From contig CALZHD010000001.1 in assembly GCA_945787155.1 (NCBI GenBank), positions 16,817 to 80,816 of the forward strand: a stretch of 64,000 bases of DNA, given 5' to 3'. The stretch comes from an uncultured Gammaproteobacteria bacterium. GTDB taxonomy: Bacteria; Pseudomonadota; Gammaproteobacteria; SZUA-140. Positions 1-10,538 of the stretch are shown in pieces. The position numbers and the translations under genes were made by a program. Within the stretch, counting starts at the first letter, position 1, and each line of letters opens with the position of its first letter. The notes beneath the pieces were generated by a model that searched no databases, was not told where the DNA came from, and saw only the letters and a program-made list of their open reading frames with translations.

Positions 1-137
1 CAAGGGGTGCTATTGCACCCTTTTCATTACCTGACTTTCACCGTAAATAGCGTGCGCATGTTATCACCACACAGTTTTCTTAACGCGATAAGGTGCTACA
101 CTTTGTTGCACGATTGATTCGAAGCTGAGAACTCACT

Positions 138-440
138 ATGCATGTCACACTCGTTCATATCCACGTCAAGGCAGAACATATCGTCGATTTCATCAATGCG
201 ACAGAACAAAACCACAACGCCTCGATTAAGGAACCAGGCAATCTGCGTTTTGATCTGCTGCAATCACCGCAGGATGCCTCCCGTTTTATGCTCTACGAGG
301 CCTATACTAATGAGGATGAAGCCAGGCAACATAAAGAAACCGACCATTACCTAACGTGGCGCGGCATGGTCGCCGAGTGGATGGCTTCACCCCGCAGAGG
401 CGAACCGCTAATCGGCCTATTACCAAAGGCAGGGCAATAA
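138..440 (+). CDS. ABM-domain (antibiotic biosynthesis monooxygenase / YgiN-LsrG-like) small monooxygenase
   Basis: 100-aa product of typical ABM length; sequence pattern recalled as ABM-like. The start codon of the next gene abuts its stop. Confidence 0.55.
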   Translation: MHVTLVHIHVKAEHIVDFINATEQNHNASIKEPGNLRFDLLQSPQDASRFMLYEAYTNEDEARQHKETDHYLTWRGMVAEWMASPRRGEPLIGLLPKAGQ

Positions 441-1622
441 ATGCAGTTCTCCATCGCACGACTGCCACGCATTGAATTTGGCCCGGGTACCCTCGATAAA
501 CTCCCTGCCATTATAAAAAAGTTCGGCAACCGTGCGCTGTTTATCACGGGTAAACAGTCTTACGAACAGATACCATTATGGAAAACACTGAACGAACAAC
601 TGAAAAATGAAAACATCGACACGCTGTTTGCGACCATTAATAACGAACCATCGCCGTCATTAATCGACCAGATCACGGCTGATCACCGCGACCAAAACAT
701 CGACTGTGTGGTCGGCTTTGGTGGTGGCAGTGCGCTTGATGCGGCCAAGGCAATTGCAGGACTTTTGAAGATCAAAAACTCAGTGATGGATTTCCTCGAA
801 GGGGTCGGCCCGGAACTCCCCTACCACGGCCCAGCGATTCCGTTTATCGCCATTCCAACGACCGCCGGTACTGGCAGTGAAGCGACCAAAAATGCGGTGC
901 TCAGTCAACCAGGACAAGATGGCTTCAAAAAATCGTTTCGCGATAACAAGCTAGTCGCAGAATACGCCATCCTGGATCCACGCCTGCTTGCCAGCTGCCC
1001 CAAACCGCTGATCGCCGCCAACGGCATGGATGCCATCACGCAGCTGATGGAATCATATACATCCATCAACGCCAATCCATTTACCGATGCACTGGCTCAA
1101 AGCGGCCTGTTGCTGGCAAGAGATGCACTGTTTGACTGGTATGAAAATGGCGCTGCCGCGGAAAAGGCGCAGAGCAACATGACCTATGCCGCCTGCCTCT
1201 CGGGAATCACACTGGCGCAGGTGGGACTCGGCTCCGTACACGGACTCGCCTCACCCCTTGGGGCCTTCTTTCCGATTCCACACGGGGTTGTCTGCGGCAC
1301 ACTACTGGCCGAAGCAACGGCGGTCAACATCACGGCCATGCAAGCACGTGAGTCAGACAACCCGGCACTAAAGCGATATGCCACACTATCAGAGTGGCTT
1401 AATAACAGGATGTTTAGCGATCAACACGAGGCCCATGATCAACTGATTAGACATCTACGCGATTGGGTAAACCGACTCGAACTACCCTCTCTATCTGTAT
1501 ACGGTATCAGCGAAGCGGACTTCGACCGCATTATTAGCCACGCCCGTGGTAGCAGCATGAAAACCAATCCGATCGTATTAAGCGACGATGAAATCAGACA
1601 GATACTAAATGCCAGACTTTAG
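441..1622 (+). CDS. Iron-containing (group III) alcohol dehydrogenase
   Basis: 393 aa with GGGSALDAAK glycine-rich NAD motif and His-rich metal-site region (HGxxH-like), typical of the Fe-ADH family. Confidence 0.8.
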   Translation: MQFSIARLPRIEFGPGTLDKLPAIIKKFGNRALFITGKQSYEQIPLWKTLNEQLKNENIDTLFATINNEPSPSLIDQITADHRDQNIDCVVGFGGGSALDAAKAIAGLLKIKNSVMDFLEGVGPELPYHGPAIPFIAIPTTAGTGSEATKNAVLSQPGQDGFKKSFRDNKLVAEYAILDPRLLASCPKPLIAANGMDAITQLMESYTSINANPFTDALAQSGLLLARDALFDWYENGAAAEKAQSNMTYAACLSGITLAQVGLGSVHGLASPLGAFFPIPHGVVCGTLLAEATAVNITAMQARESDNPALKRYATLSEWLNNRMFSDQHEAHDQLIRHLRDWVNRLELPSLSVYGISEADFDRIISHARGSSMKTNPIVLSDDEIRQILNARL

Positions 1623-1645
1623 ATTTTTTCCTTTCCCCTAAAGTT

Positions 1646-2125
1646 TTAGTGCTGATGCCCACCGACACCATGCGCATGCCCATGAGTTAATTCTTCGTCA
1701 GTAGCATCTCGAATATCCACCACTTCGAGATCAAAAATGAGTGTCTTGCCTGCAAAGGGGTGATTGCTATCCACCGTCACCATAAACTTACCCACCTTCA
1801 CTACCGTCACCTGGCGTTGTCCCTGCTCAGTTTCAACAGTCGCCACCATGCCCGGCTTCCATTTTTTCGCGCCCTGTAAATGCTTCATTGGAACACGCTG
1901 AACAGAGCCCTCGACACGCTCACCATAGGCCTCTGCAGGGGGCAAAGTGACACTAAACTTGTCACCAACAGCCTTTCCTGCCAACGCCTTCTCCAATCCT
2001 GCCATCATGTTATTGTAACCATGCAGGTAGGCAACAGGCTCATTCTCTGTCGATTCAAGCACCGACTGCTGCTCGTCTTTTAACACATAGAGAAACTGGA
2101 CTACTTTTTTATCTTCGACCTTCAT
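1646..2125 (-). CDS. slyD: FKBP-type peptidyl-prolyl cis-trans isomerase SlyD
   Basis: N-terminal FKBP fold sequence and His/Gly-rich metal-binding C-terminal tail (HGHAHGVGGHQH). Confidence 0.8.
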   Translation of the reverse strand: MKVEDKKVVQFLYVLKDEQQSVLESTENEPVAYLHGYNNMMAGLEKALAGKAVGDKFSVTLPPAEAYGERVEGSVQRVPMKHLQGAKKWKPGMVATVETEQGQRQVTVVKVGKFMVTVDSNHPFAGKTLIFDLEVVDIRDATDEELTHGHAHGVGGHQH

Positions 2126-2260
2126 TACCTGACCCCTGGCTGCCCCGAGTAAAAACGCGTCATTTTACACGTCTGCAGGGTCATCCGCATAGATGAAATA
2201 TCGATGCAGTCACCACAATGAGTAAAATGCTACCTGAGGACTCAGGCAGTCAAGAGCAAA

Positions 2261-3490
2261 CTAGGCGTAATAATCCACCATCCGAGAAGAGAGCATCATC
2301 TCGCCCTCCTCTATGTCATCCAAATCTTGTGATTCATGGCCACCATCTCGCCCATCACCTGAACTACTATTCCCATCCATCGCTTCACGCTCCTGCTCTG
2401 AAGCCTGTTGCTGCTGGGCAAAGGATTGATCAGAAACATCAACATCGGCGAGATTCACACCGTTATCACCCAACATTTCACGTAATCTCGGTATGGCACT
2501 ATCCAGCGCCTCACGAACAGCACCATTTTGAGCCGTGAAGTGAATCGTCGTTTGATCATTCTGTACACTAATCTTCACCTCAACAGGGCCAAGATGAGCT
2601 GGGTTCAGCTTCAACTCAGCAGACTGCACCTGACTATTGACCATCCATTTAACCCGACTACCAACCTCTTCGCCCCAACCAGCCTGCTGTGAAAAGGGGG
2701 TATTAATCGAGCCCTGCATCAAAGACTTTGTTTCACTGCCACTCTTTGCATCAGTGGATAACGCAGTCAAATTGCCCATGGCACTACTCAATGAATCGCC
2801 TATTTTGCTTTCACTACCACTGACTGTCGTTGGCTGCTGCTTAAGTAACATCGCATCACGCAACATATTTGAAAGTTGAGTACTATTACCTAATACCGGC
2901 GTTGTCTCTAGTTGCGGTGCCAGACGCGCACCAGAAAGACCACCTTCTGCCTCTTCTACCGGTGCCATCGCTAACTGCCTCATCAATAAGTCTTGTTGTA
3001 ACTTGCTTTGACCTTGCCCTGCCAATTGTGAACTACCAGCACCCGCTGCACCCAATTGAGCAGATAGATGCTGTGCACGCGTTACATCATCGATCACAAC
3101 AGACGGTGAAACCATTGGCTGTAAATAGGCGTCGATATCGACAGGCAGTTCGCTATTGCCTTCGAGCGACTGTTGCGTTAATGAATTTTTCAGCCCATTA
3201 GCATTGAGCAAGCGACTGACATCCTGATGATTCACTCCCGATAAGGCACCCGGCGGCAATAATTGCCCCTCAGGCGGCAACGCCTGTCCGGCAAAGGCGT
3301 TTAACAGCTGAGATTTGAATTGAACTTGATCAGACTGAGCTGTCGATGAGAGTAGGTTTGAAAAGAGAGGAGAAAACCCTTGAGCATCTGATGAAACGCC
3401 ATTAGCACTACTGCTGAGGCCATTTGAGGCCTGTGCAGTCCCATCTGTGGCACTAAGCCCGGGTGATAAAGTTGTCATCAAGCCCTGCAT
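2261..3490 (-). CDS. fliK: Flagellar hook-length control protein FliK
   Basis: Ser/Gln/Leu-rich low-complexity N-terminal region and conserved FliK C-terminal domain (NPAHLGPVEVKISVQNDQ...LADVDVS). Sits downstream of fliJ. Confidence 0.8.
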   Translation of the reverse strand: MQGLMTTLSPGLSATDGTAQASNGLSSSANGVSSDAQGFSPLFSNLLSSTAQSDQVQFKSQLLNAFAGQALPPEGQLLPPGALSGVNHQDVSRLLNANGLKNSLTQQSLEGNSELPVDIDAYLQPMVSPSVVIDDVTRAQHLSAQLGAAGAGSSQLAGQGQSKLQQDLLMRQLAMAPVEEAEGGLSGARLAPQLETTPVLGNSTQLSNMLRDAMLLKQQPTTVSGSESKIGDSLSSAMGNLTALSTDAKSGSETKSLMQGSINTPFSQQAGWGEEVGSRVKWMVNSQVQSAELKLNPAHLGPVEVKISVQNDQTTIHFTAQNGAVREALDSAIPRLREMLGDNGVNLADVDVSDQSFAQQQQASEQEREAMDGNSSSGDGRDGGHESQDLDDIEEGEMMLSSRMVDYYA

Positions 3491-3590
3491 AATAGTATTC
3501 CCGTGTCTCCTGTGTCGATCAAATTAAGATTTGTGTCGCAAGATACAGAGCAAGGAACATGCCAGCATATAAAACGCCTTTTCTGCGTGT

Positions 3591-4034
3591 CTATTCCGGA
3601 GTGTAATTTCGCCTCATATGCTGCGAGCGCTCATCGCTTTCCGCCTGCTCCCGCTTATCCCGCGCTTCTTGTTCCTGCTGCCGATAACGATCGCTGACTT
3701 TGTCCAGCGCCTGATGACGCCCACGCATCTGCAGCCACGCCATGTTCTTCTCATTTAGCTGCTGCTGGCACTCCAGCAATAACGCCTCTTGCTGCTTAAT
3801 CGCTACGGCCAGACGAGCGATGAACCTACGGTAGTCATTGATCTGTGCAATATTCATCCCACTGCGACCTGATTCATTCAACCGCTGTATATATTCATCA
3901 TGATAGTGGCGTAGCTCAATCAACTTTGCCTCATGCTGATCGACAATCTTACGATATTCACTCAACGCTATCGCCGCATCATCCTCACGTTCTTTCGCAA
4001 CTTTGATAACAGGCTGCAGGCGTCGAGACTTCAA
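3591..4034 (-). CDS. fliJ: Flagellar export protein FliJ
   Basis: 147-aa coiled-coil protein located between fliI and fliK; N-terminal sequence matches the FliJ family. Confidence 0.75.
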   Translation of the reverse strand: MKSRRLQPVIKVAKEREDDAAIALSEYRKIVDQHEAKLIELRHYHDEYIQRLNESGRSGMNIAQINDYRRFIARLAVAIKQQEALLLECQQQLNEKNMAWLQMRGRHQALDKVSDRYRQQEQEARDKREQAESDERSQHMRRNYTPE

Positions 4035-4055
4035 AATACCCTCTTAGTGAATCGA

Positions 4056-5426
4056 TTATTGATCGGCAAGGACAACACTGGTTGCGGCCATCGATCTGTT
4101 CAATAGCGCCGACAGCTGCTGCATGCCACTTTGTAAATTAACCGACTCTGAAATATTTTGCTGTAAAAAAGCCCTCAAGTGTGGATAGAACTCAATCGCC
4201 TCATCGACTTCGGGGTCACTGCCGCGGGTATAGGCACCGACATTAATCAGATCTCGATTCTGTTGATAACATGAGTAAAGCTGTTTGAAGCGACGAATCT
4301 CCTGTTGATGAGGCTCACTGACAATCTCAGTCATCACACGACTGATCGATGCCTCGATATCGATCGCAGGATAGTGTCCCGCATCCGCGAGTTTACGCGA
4401 TAACACAAAATGACCATCGAGAATGGCACGTGCTGCATCGGCAATTGGATCCTGCTGATCATCACCTTCTGCTAATACCGTATAAAAAGCGGTAATCGAA
4501 CCACCATTTTCGCTAGTCCCCGCACGTTCCACCAGTTGCGGCAATTTGGCAAACACAGAGGGTGGATAACCCTTGGTTGCGGGTGGCTCGCCAATCGCCA
4601 GCGCAATCTCACGCTGCGCCTGCGCATAACGTGTCAAAGAATCCATTAATAACAGCACTCGCTTTCCCTGGTCACGAAAATATTCGGCAATGCTGGTCGC
4701 CAACATCGCGCCATGCATCCGCATCAGTGGTGGATTATCCGCAGGGGTTGCCACGACGACGGCACGCGCCATGCCCTCAGGCCCTAATATGGTATCGGTG
4801 AACTCCTTTACCTCACGACCACGTTCACCAATCAAACCCACCACTACCACATCGGCGTTGGTATAGCGCGTCATCATGCCCAGCAACACACTCTTACCGA
4901 CACCACTGCCTGCAAACAGGCCCAGGCGCTGACCACGCCCAACCGTCAGTAATGTATTGATCGCTCTCACGCCGACATCGAGCGGCTCTCGAATTGGCGG
5001 ACGACGTAACGGATTCATCGGACGAGCACTCAGCGGCACACGACTCTCTGCAACCAACGGCCCCTTATCATCAAGTGGCTTACCGGCTCCATCCACAACG
5101 CGCCCCAACAGATCTTTACCCACCAATGCCTCATAAGCCTGGGTAGAGGGGATTACCTTGGCATTGGGCACAATTCCCTGAACATCGCCACTTGGCATGA
5201 GATAGGTTTTATCACCAGCAAACCCAACCACCTCAGCTTCGATCGGTGCTGAACTGATGCTGCTAATTAAACAACGACCACCGATTGCCACCTGACAGCC
5301 AACCGCCTCAAGTGTCAAACCCACCATCCGTGTCAACTTACCTTCAACGATTAATGTCGGCGGATCACCCAGCTTGTCACGGTAAGTCTCAATCCGTTTT
5401 TTCCAGATATTGCTACGAGGGTGCAT
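4056..5426 (-). CDS. fliI: Flagellum-specific ATP synthase FliI
   Basis: Walker A motif GSGVGKS and F1/T3SS ATPase fold. The likely start is the internal Met (MHPRSN...) at about 5426, overlapping the fliH stop by about 14 nt. The ORF track extends it to 5465. Confidence 0.9.
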   Translation of the reverse strand: MHPRSNIWKKRIETYRDKLGDPPTLIVEGKLTRMVGLTLEAVGCQVAIGGRCLISSISSAPIEAEVVGFAGDKTYLMPSGDVQGIVPNAKVIPSTQAYEALVGKDLLGRVVDGAGKPLDDKGPLVAESRVPLSARPMNPLRRPPIREPLDVGVRAINTLLTVGRGQRLGLFAGSGVGKSVLLGMMTRYTNADVVVVGLIGERGREVKEFTDTILGPEGMARAVVVATPADNPPLMRMHGAMLATSIAEYFRDQGKRVLLLMDSLTRYAQAQREIALAIGEPPATKGYPPSVFAKLPQLVERAGTSENGGSITAFYTVLAEGDDQQDPIADAARAILDGHFVLSRKLADAGHYPAIDIEASISRVMTEIVSEPHQQEIRRFKQLYSCYQQNRDLINVGAYTRGSDPEVDEAIEFYPHLRAFLQQNISESVNLQSGMQQLSALLNRSMAATSVVLADQ

Positions 5427-6087
5427 GATCCACATCCCCCACACTATCGCCATCACGCTCGCCACCCATCAATTCAGCAACAATAGCAGCCAGGCGCGTC
5501 TCAATTGAAGAATCTAATTGTGCATTCTCGGTCTCAAGACGACAACCACCTCGAGTCAACGTCGGATCCTCTACCAACTCCCATGCCCCTTGTTCTGAAA
5601 TTGACAGCGCCTGTTTAAGTAGCTCAGCATCCTCAGGGTGCAAAAATATTTTGATAGTACGAGATGTCGTTGGCAATATAGCAACCGCTTCACGTACCAC
5701 AGCAACAATCTCATCCGGGTTTATTTTAATCTCTCGACGCACCATATGTTTCGCAATAGTCATTGCCAGGGTGACAAGTTCATTAACGACCTCATCATCA
5801 AGCGCTTCTAGGGGCCTTGATAGCTGTCCAACGACCTCTATCAGTTTCTGTGCCTGTTGAGTGAGATTCTCCTGTCCAGTCGCGATTCCTTCCTGTTTCC
5901 CTTGTGCAAACCCTTCCTCGTAACCTTGCTGGCGCCGCTGTTCAATCTCTTTTTTTGTTGGCTCAGTGGCGGCCTGCCGAACACCACTAGCAGCCCCGCC
6001 GACATTGGGAATCTTCCAGCGTGGGCAATCATCTGAATCCTCGGAAAAAATAATCCGCTTAGACATACTCATCGGAACTCTTACCAC
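5413..6087 (-). CDS. fliH: Flagellar assembly protein FliH
   Basis: Size, charged Glu/Gln-rich N-terminal half and position between fliG and fliI. The start may be the downstream Met at about 6072. Confidence 0.75.
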   Translation of the reverse strand: MVRVPMSMSKRIIFSEDSDDCPRWKIPNVGGAASGVRQAATEPTKKEIEQRRQQGYEEGFAQGKQEGIATGQENLTQQAQKLIEVVGQLSRPLEALDDEVVNELVTLAMTIAKHMVRREIKINPDEIVAVVREAVAILPTTSRTIKIFLHPEDAELLKQALSISEQGAWELVEDPTLTRGGCRLETENAQLDSSIETRLAAIVAELMGGERDGDSVGDVDHAPS

Positions 6088-7072
6088 CCAGTTGAATATC
6101 GCCTGATTCGGCCATTCTTCTTGCTATCGCTAGGATCTCTTTCTGCGACGCCTCCACATCACTCAATTTAACAGGGCCGCGCGCCTCAAGGTCATCCTTC
6201 AACATTTCGGCCGCACGTTTAGACATATTGTCAAAAATTTTCGACTGCATATCAGGCTCGGAACCCTTAAGTGCCAATACCAATGTCTCGGATGAAACCT
6301 CACGCAATAACGCCTGTATACCACGATCATCGATTTCTGACAGGTCAGCAAACACAAACATCAAATCCTGGATACTCTCACCCAGTTCAGTATCAAACTC
6401 GGTAATTTGATCCATGATCATGCCTTCTTCAGCGCTATCCATAAAATTCAGAATATTTGCCGCTGTTTTTATACCACCAACACTAGAGGATTTAACCGCA
6501 GTATTTCCTTTAAATTGTTTTTCAATGACGTTGTTCAACTCATCAAGCGCGGAGGGTTGCAGACGATCAAGCGTTGCTACCCTAAGCAACACGTCCAACC
6601 TCACCTTTTCTGGTAACAGACTAATCACCTCGGCCGCCTGTTCAGGGTCAAGATAAGAAAGCACTACCGATATAATTTGCGGATGCTCAAGGCGAATCAC
6701 TTCAATGATTGCACGTGGATCCATCCACTTCAACTGCTCCAGACCGGATGAATTGGTTCCCGTTAGAACACGATCAATAATGCTTCCCGCCTTATCTTCG
6801 CCCAACGCTTTTACCAAAACGCTTTTCAGGTATTCATCCGAACCCACCCCAAATGCGGTTTCATTATCTGCGCTCTTACAAAACTCATCCAGCACATCTT
6901 CGGCCTGTTCTTTCGAAATATTTTTCAGCATTGACATCGCAGTACTAACACGATGAACTTCCTTTGGGCCAATATATTTCAGTACTTCTGACGCTCCTTG
7001 CTCACCAAGGCTCATCAACAGAATCGCAGCCCTGTCGACTCCGGTCAGGTCATCTTGTTTTTTATCCACCAT
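6059..7072 (-). CDS. fliG: Flagellar motor switch protein FliG
   Basis: 337-aa FliG family sequence; overlaps the fliF stop. Confidence 0.9.
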   Translation of the reverse strand: MVDKKQDDLTGVDRAAILLMSLGEQGASEVLKYIGPKEVHRVSTAMSMLKNISKEQAEDVLDEFCKSADNETAFGVGSDEYLKSVLVKALGEDKAGSIIDRVLTGTNSSGLEQLKWMDPRAIIEVIRLEHPQIISVVLSYLDPEQAAEVISLLPEKVRLDVLLRVATLDRLQPSALDELNNVIEKQFKGNTAVKSSSVGGIKTAANILNFMDSAEEGMIMDQITEFDTELGESIQDLMFVFADLSEIDDRGIQALLREVSSETLVLALKGSEPDMQSKIFDNMSKRAAEMLKDDLEARGPVKLSDVEASQKEILAIARRMAESGDIQLGGKSSDEYV

Positions 7073-8687
7073 CAGCTGCTACCCAGTTATTCACGACCTG
7101 TGCCACACGTTTCGGGTCTTGAGACGCCAGTGAGCGAGCAGTGTTCAAGTTGTTTTCATAATTCTGTTGAGGTTGTAGCTCTCCCCCCGCCCCTCCACTC
7201 AACGTCAGTTGGTCGTTCTGCATACCCACAGCACCCTCTCCAGTCATCATCACCTGGGCAGGCATAACCTCTCCTTTTGCCGCCAGTTCTTTAAGTACTG
7301 GGCGTAGCACACCGAACAATAAAAAGAAGATCACCGCACCCGCTAACACCTGCTTCGCGGTATCCCAGAGGCCAGGTTGATCCATAAACGATGGTTCTGG
7401 CAGTGGTTCTATTTCTGCTGGCACTGTAAATGAAGTGTTGATCACATTGACGCTATCGCCACGCAAGCCGTTAAAACCGATCGCCTCTTTCACCAGACTG
7501 GTGATACGCAATATTTCATCTTCTGTTAATGGCGTACGCACTGTCTCACCGTTATCATCAACAGACTTTTTATCATCCAGAACCACTGCAACTGAAAGGC
7601 GTTTGACATCACCACCGCCGCTACGAATATGGCTAATGGTGCGATCAAGTTCATAATTACGTGTCGCTCTAATAGTAGAACTTACCGGTGATCGCGAATC
7701 TCCGCTTGGGGCAGCATCCACACTTGTATTTTCTGGGGGTTGATTAGATAGACTCCCGGGCACACCACTCAACGTCTGGCTACCAGTACGTCGCTCCTCA
7801 AGTGTCTGTTCGCTTCGAACAGCGGGCAGATCTGGATTAAAGCTCTCCTGAGTTTGCTCTGTCACAGTAAAATCGATATCGGCTGACACTTGCGCACGCA
7901 CACCACCTTCACCAATGATTGGGCTCAGAATCCCTTCAATACGTTTAATATAATATTCCTCAAGGCGTTTACGGTGATTAAACTGAGTCGAGCTGACTCT
8001 CATGTCTGCTGATGATTCAGATGAGGTCAACAAACGTCCTTTTTGATCAATGACCGTGACATCATTTGCCTCAAGACTCGGTATACTTGCAGCCACCATA
8101 TGACTGATCGCTGTGATCTGCCCCTCCTGTAATACACGACCAGCAAATAGATCTATGGTGACGGATGCCTTTGGTTTTTTACGATCACGAGCGAAGGCGC
8201 TCTGTTTAGGGATGGCCAGATGAACACGGGCACTTCGTACATTATTCAATGAACCTATCGTACGCGCCAGTTCGCCTTCTAATGCACGTTGATAGCGTGC
8301 TCCCTCCATAAACTGGCTAACACCAAACCCCTGATCTTTATCCAGCATTTCAAAACCGATACCGCCACCGCGAGGTAAGCCCTCTGAAGCCAGTTTAAGG
8401 CGCGCTTCATGCACACTATCACCAGCAACAAGAATGGCACCGGTCTGAGTATCCACCTTATATGGAATGGCTGCCTGCTGTAACGAATTTGCAATCTCAC
8501 CAGAGTCTTGCTCTGAGAGATTGCTATACAGCATGCGGTAACTTGGGTCCTGTGACCACTGCGCAATGGCAACACCAATCGCGATGCTAGCAGCCAGCCC
8601 TATCATTAATCCGAGCTGTCGTAGAAAGGATAAACCGTTAAACCCTCTAGAGGAGAGTACTACATCATCTGTCTTTACCAATGCCAT
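7062..8687 (-). CDS. fliF: Flagellar M-ring protein FliF
   Basis: 541 aa with an N-terminal TM segment and a second TM near the C-terminus, plus FliF/YscJ-like sequence. Confidence 0.9.
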   Translation of the reverse strand: MALVKTDDVVLSSRGFNGLSFLRQLGLMIGLAASIAIGVAIAQWSQDPSYRMLYSNLSEQDSGEIANSLQQAAIPYKVDTQTGAILVAGDSVHEARLKLASEGLPRGGGIGFEMLDKDQGFGVSQFMEGARYQRALEGELARTIGSLNNVRSARVHLAIPKQSAFARDRKKPKASVTIDLFAGRVLQEGQITAISHMVAASIPSLEANDVTVIDQKGRLLTSSESSADMRVSSTQFNHRKRLEEYYIKRIEGILSPIIGEGGVRAQVSADIDFTVTEQTQESFNPDLPAVRSEQTLEERRTGSQTLSGVPGSLSNQPPENTSVDAAPSGDSRSPVSSTIRATRNYELDRTISHIRSGGGDVKRLSVAVVLDDKKSVDDNGETVRTPLTEDEILRITSLVKEAIGFNGLRGDSVNVINTSFTVPAEIEPLPEPSFMDQPGLWDTAKQVLAGAVIFFLLFGVLRPVLKELAAKGEVMPAQVMMTGEGAVGMQNDQLTLSGGAGGELQPQQNYENNLNTARSLASQDPKRVAQVVNNWVAADGG

Positions 8688-8745
8688 ATTTGTCTCTTTA
8701 TTTTTAATACTAAAACAGTATTAACATTATCCAGATCTAGATTCG

Positions 8746-9069
8746 CTAGATTGGCATACTCATCACATCCTGATAGGCAGAGATCAGTTTGTTTCGCACC
8801 TGCACCATTGCCTGAAACGAAACGTTTGCCTTCTGCGACGCAATCATCACATCGACCAGGTCAACATTCTTATCACCCATCGTAAAGGCTTCTTTCAACT
8901 GCCCAGATTCCTTTTGAACTGAATTCACCTGATTGACAGCCTCTTTCAACTGCGCAGAAAAATCTGGCCCTGCGCTGTTGGCATTAGCACTCTGGTCAAC
9001 ACCCTTAGCCTCAATCGCACTGCTGCGCAGTTGTGATAACAGGTAATTTACATCGATTTCACTCATCAC
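8746..9069 (-). CDS. fliE: Flagellar hook-basal body complex protein FliE
   Basis: 107-aa FliE family protein with conserved C-terminus (FQAMVQVRNKLISAYQDVMSMPI). Confidence 0.8.
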   Translation of the reverse strand: MMSEIDVNYLLSQLRSSAIEAKGVDQSANANSAGPDFSAQLKEAVNQVNSVQKESGQLKEAFTMGDKNVDLVDVMIASQKANVSFQAMVQVRNKLISAYQDVMSMPI

Positions 9070-9089
9070 AAGCCCTCCTTACATCAACT

Positions 9090-10478
9090 TCAATATATTT
9101 CCGATCCACGTTGCCCCACATTCTGAACAGCAATACCAGCTTCTCTCATTCGTGCCAATTTATAACGTAATGTACGCTGGCTAATTCCCAGTTTTTCAGC
9201 CGTTGATTTTCTGTTGCCACTCATCAAACGCAACGTTTCCAGGATCACATTCTGCTCATGAGATTTAAGACTCTCCTGATGGGTAGGCACTGCCACAGAG
9301 GCTTGTTCCGACAACGTTTCAACATTGTTCACTGCCATTGTCAGTGGTGAGTTAACCGCCTCAAACTGTAAGTCATCAACTTCGATTGTCCGTCCGGATT
9401 GCAAAATCAAGGCGCGCTGCATAATGTTATCAAGCTCTCGCACATTGCCCGGCCATGAATGAGAAAGCAGTTTCTCTTTTGCTACCTGGGAAAGTTCAGG
9501 CAGTTGGCGCCCACCCGTTTCTGCGTTATTTTCAATCAAACGCTGAACCAATGGCAGAATGTCTGCTGGGCGCTCACGCAGTGGCGGTAAAAACAGGGGG
9601 AAGACATTCAGACGATAAAAAAGATCTTCACGGAAACGTTGCGCTGCTACCTCTTCCATCATTCTTCTATTAGAGGTCGCCAGCACACGAACATCTAATG
9701 AAATGGGCTTTCTTCCACCCAGCCGCTCCACTTCACGCTCCTGTAAAACACGCAATAGTTTCGCCTGCAGTCCAAGGTCCATCTCTGAGATCTCATCCAG
9801 CAATAACGTGCCACCCTGTGCCTGCTCAAACTTTCCTGGTGAAGCCTGGTAAGCGCCAGTAAAGGCCCCTTTTTCATAGCCAAACAGCGTCGCTTCGAGC
9901 ATGTTTTCTGGAATCGCCGCACAGTTAATCGCAACAAAGGGTTGATCAGCACGACTCGAGTGTTGATGTATATAACGCGCCAGCACCTCTTTACCGACAC
10001 CACTTTCACCTGTAATCATCACCGTAGCATCACTCTGTGCGACACGACTTGCCATCTGTAGCAGCGCCAGACTCTTATCATCATGGGCGATGAACGCTTC
10101 TGTTTCGTGGTGCTCATTCGAAAAATAACGTTCGACCATTTCAATTAATGCATTGGCATCAAATGGTTTCAGTAGATAATCGGCGGCGCCTTCTCTCATA
10201 GCTTCTACGGCATTTTGAACACTACCGTGGGCAGTCATCAACAATACTGGAAGCTCAGGATTATCCGACTTAATCTTTTTAAGTAGTGCATATCCATCCA
10301 TCGGTTTCATCTGTACATCGCTAATAACGAGGCCAATATCCTGTGTTGACATAAGATTAAGTGCGGCTCGACCATTTTCTGCTGTAGCAACGTCATATCC
10401 AGCCAAATCCAGGGTGTCACATAACGCTTCACGTAAAGAACTGTCGTCTTCAACGACAAGTACTGTGGAATAACTCAT
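9090..10478 (-). CDS. fleR: Sigma-54-dependent two-component response regulator FleR/FlrC
   Basis: Receiver domain with phospho-accepting Asp, then AAA+ sigma-54 activator domain (GESGVGKE, GAFTGA motif) and C-terminal Fis-type HTH. Confidence 0.85.
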   Translation of the reverse strand: MSYSTVLVVEDDSSLREALCDTLDLAGYDVATAENGRAALNLMSTQDIGLVISDVQMKPMDGYALLKKIKSDNPELPVLLMTAHGSVQNAVEAMREGAADYLLKPFDANALIEMVERYFSNEHHETEAFIAHDDKSLALLQMASRVAQSDATVMITGESGVGKEVLARYIHQHSSRADQPFVAINCAAIPENMLEATLFGYEKGAFTGAYQASPGKFEQAQGGTLLLDEISEMDLGLQAKLLRVLQEREVERLGGRKPISLDVRVLATSNRRMMEEVAAQRFREDLFYRLNVFPLFLPPLRERPADILPLVQRLIENNAETGGRQLPELSQVAKEKLLSHSWPGNVRELDNIMQRALILQSGRTIEVDDLQFEAVNSPLTMAVNNVETLSEQASVAVPTHQESLKSHEQNVILETLRLMSGNRKSTAEKLGISQRTLRYKLARMREAGIAVQNVGQRGSEIY

Positions 10479-10538
10479 ATAAACTCCTTCCTATAAAAGT
10501 AGCTACAATAATGTAATGATATAATCACACCACGCAAA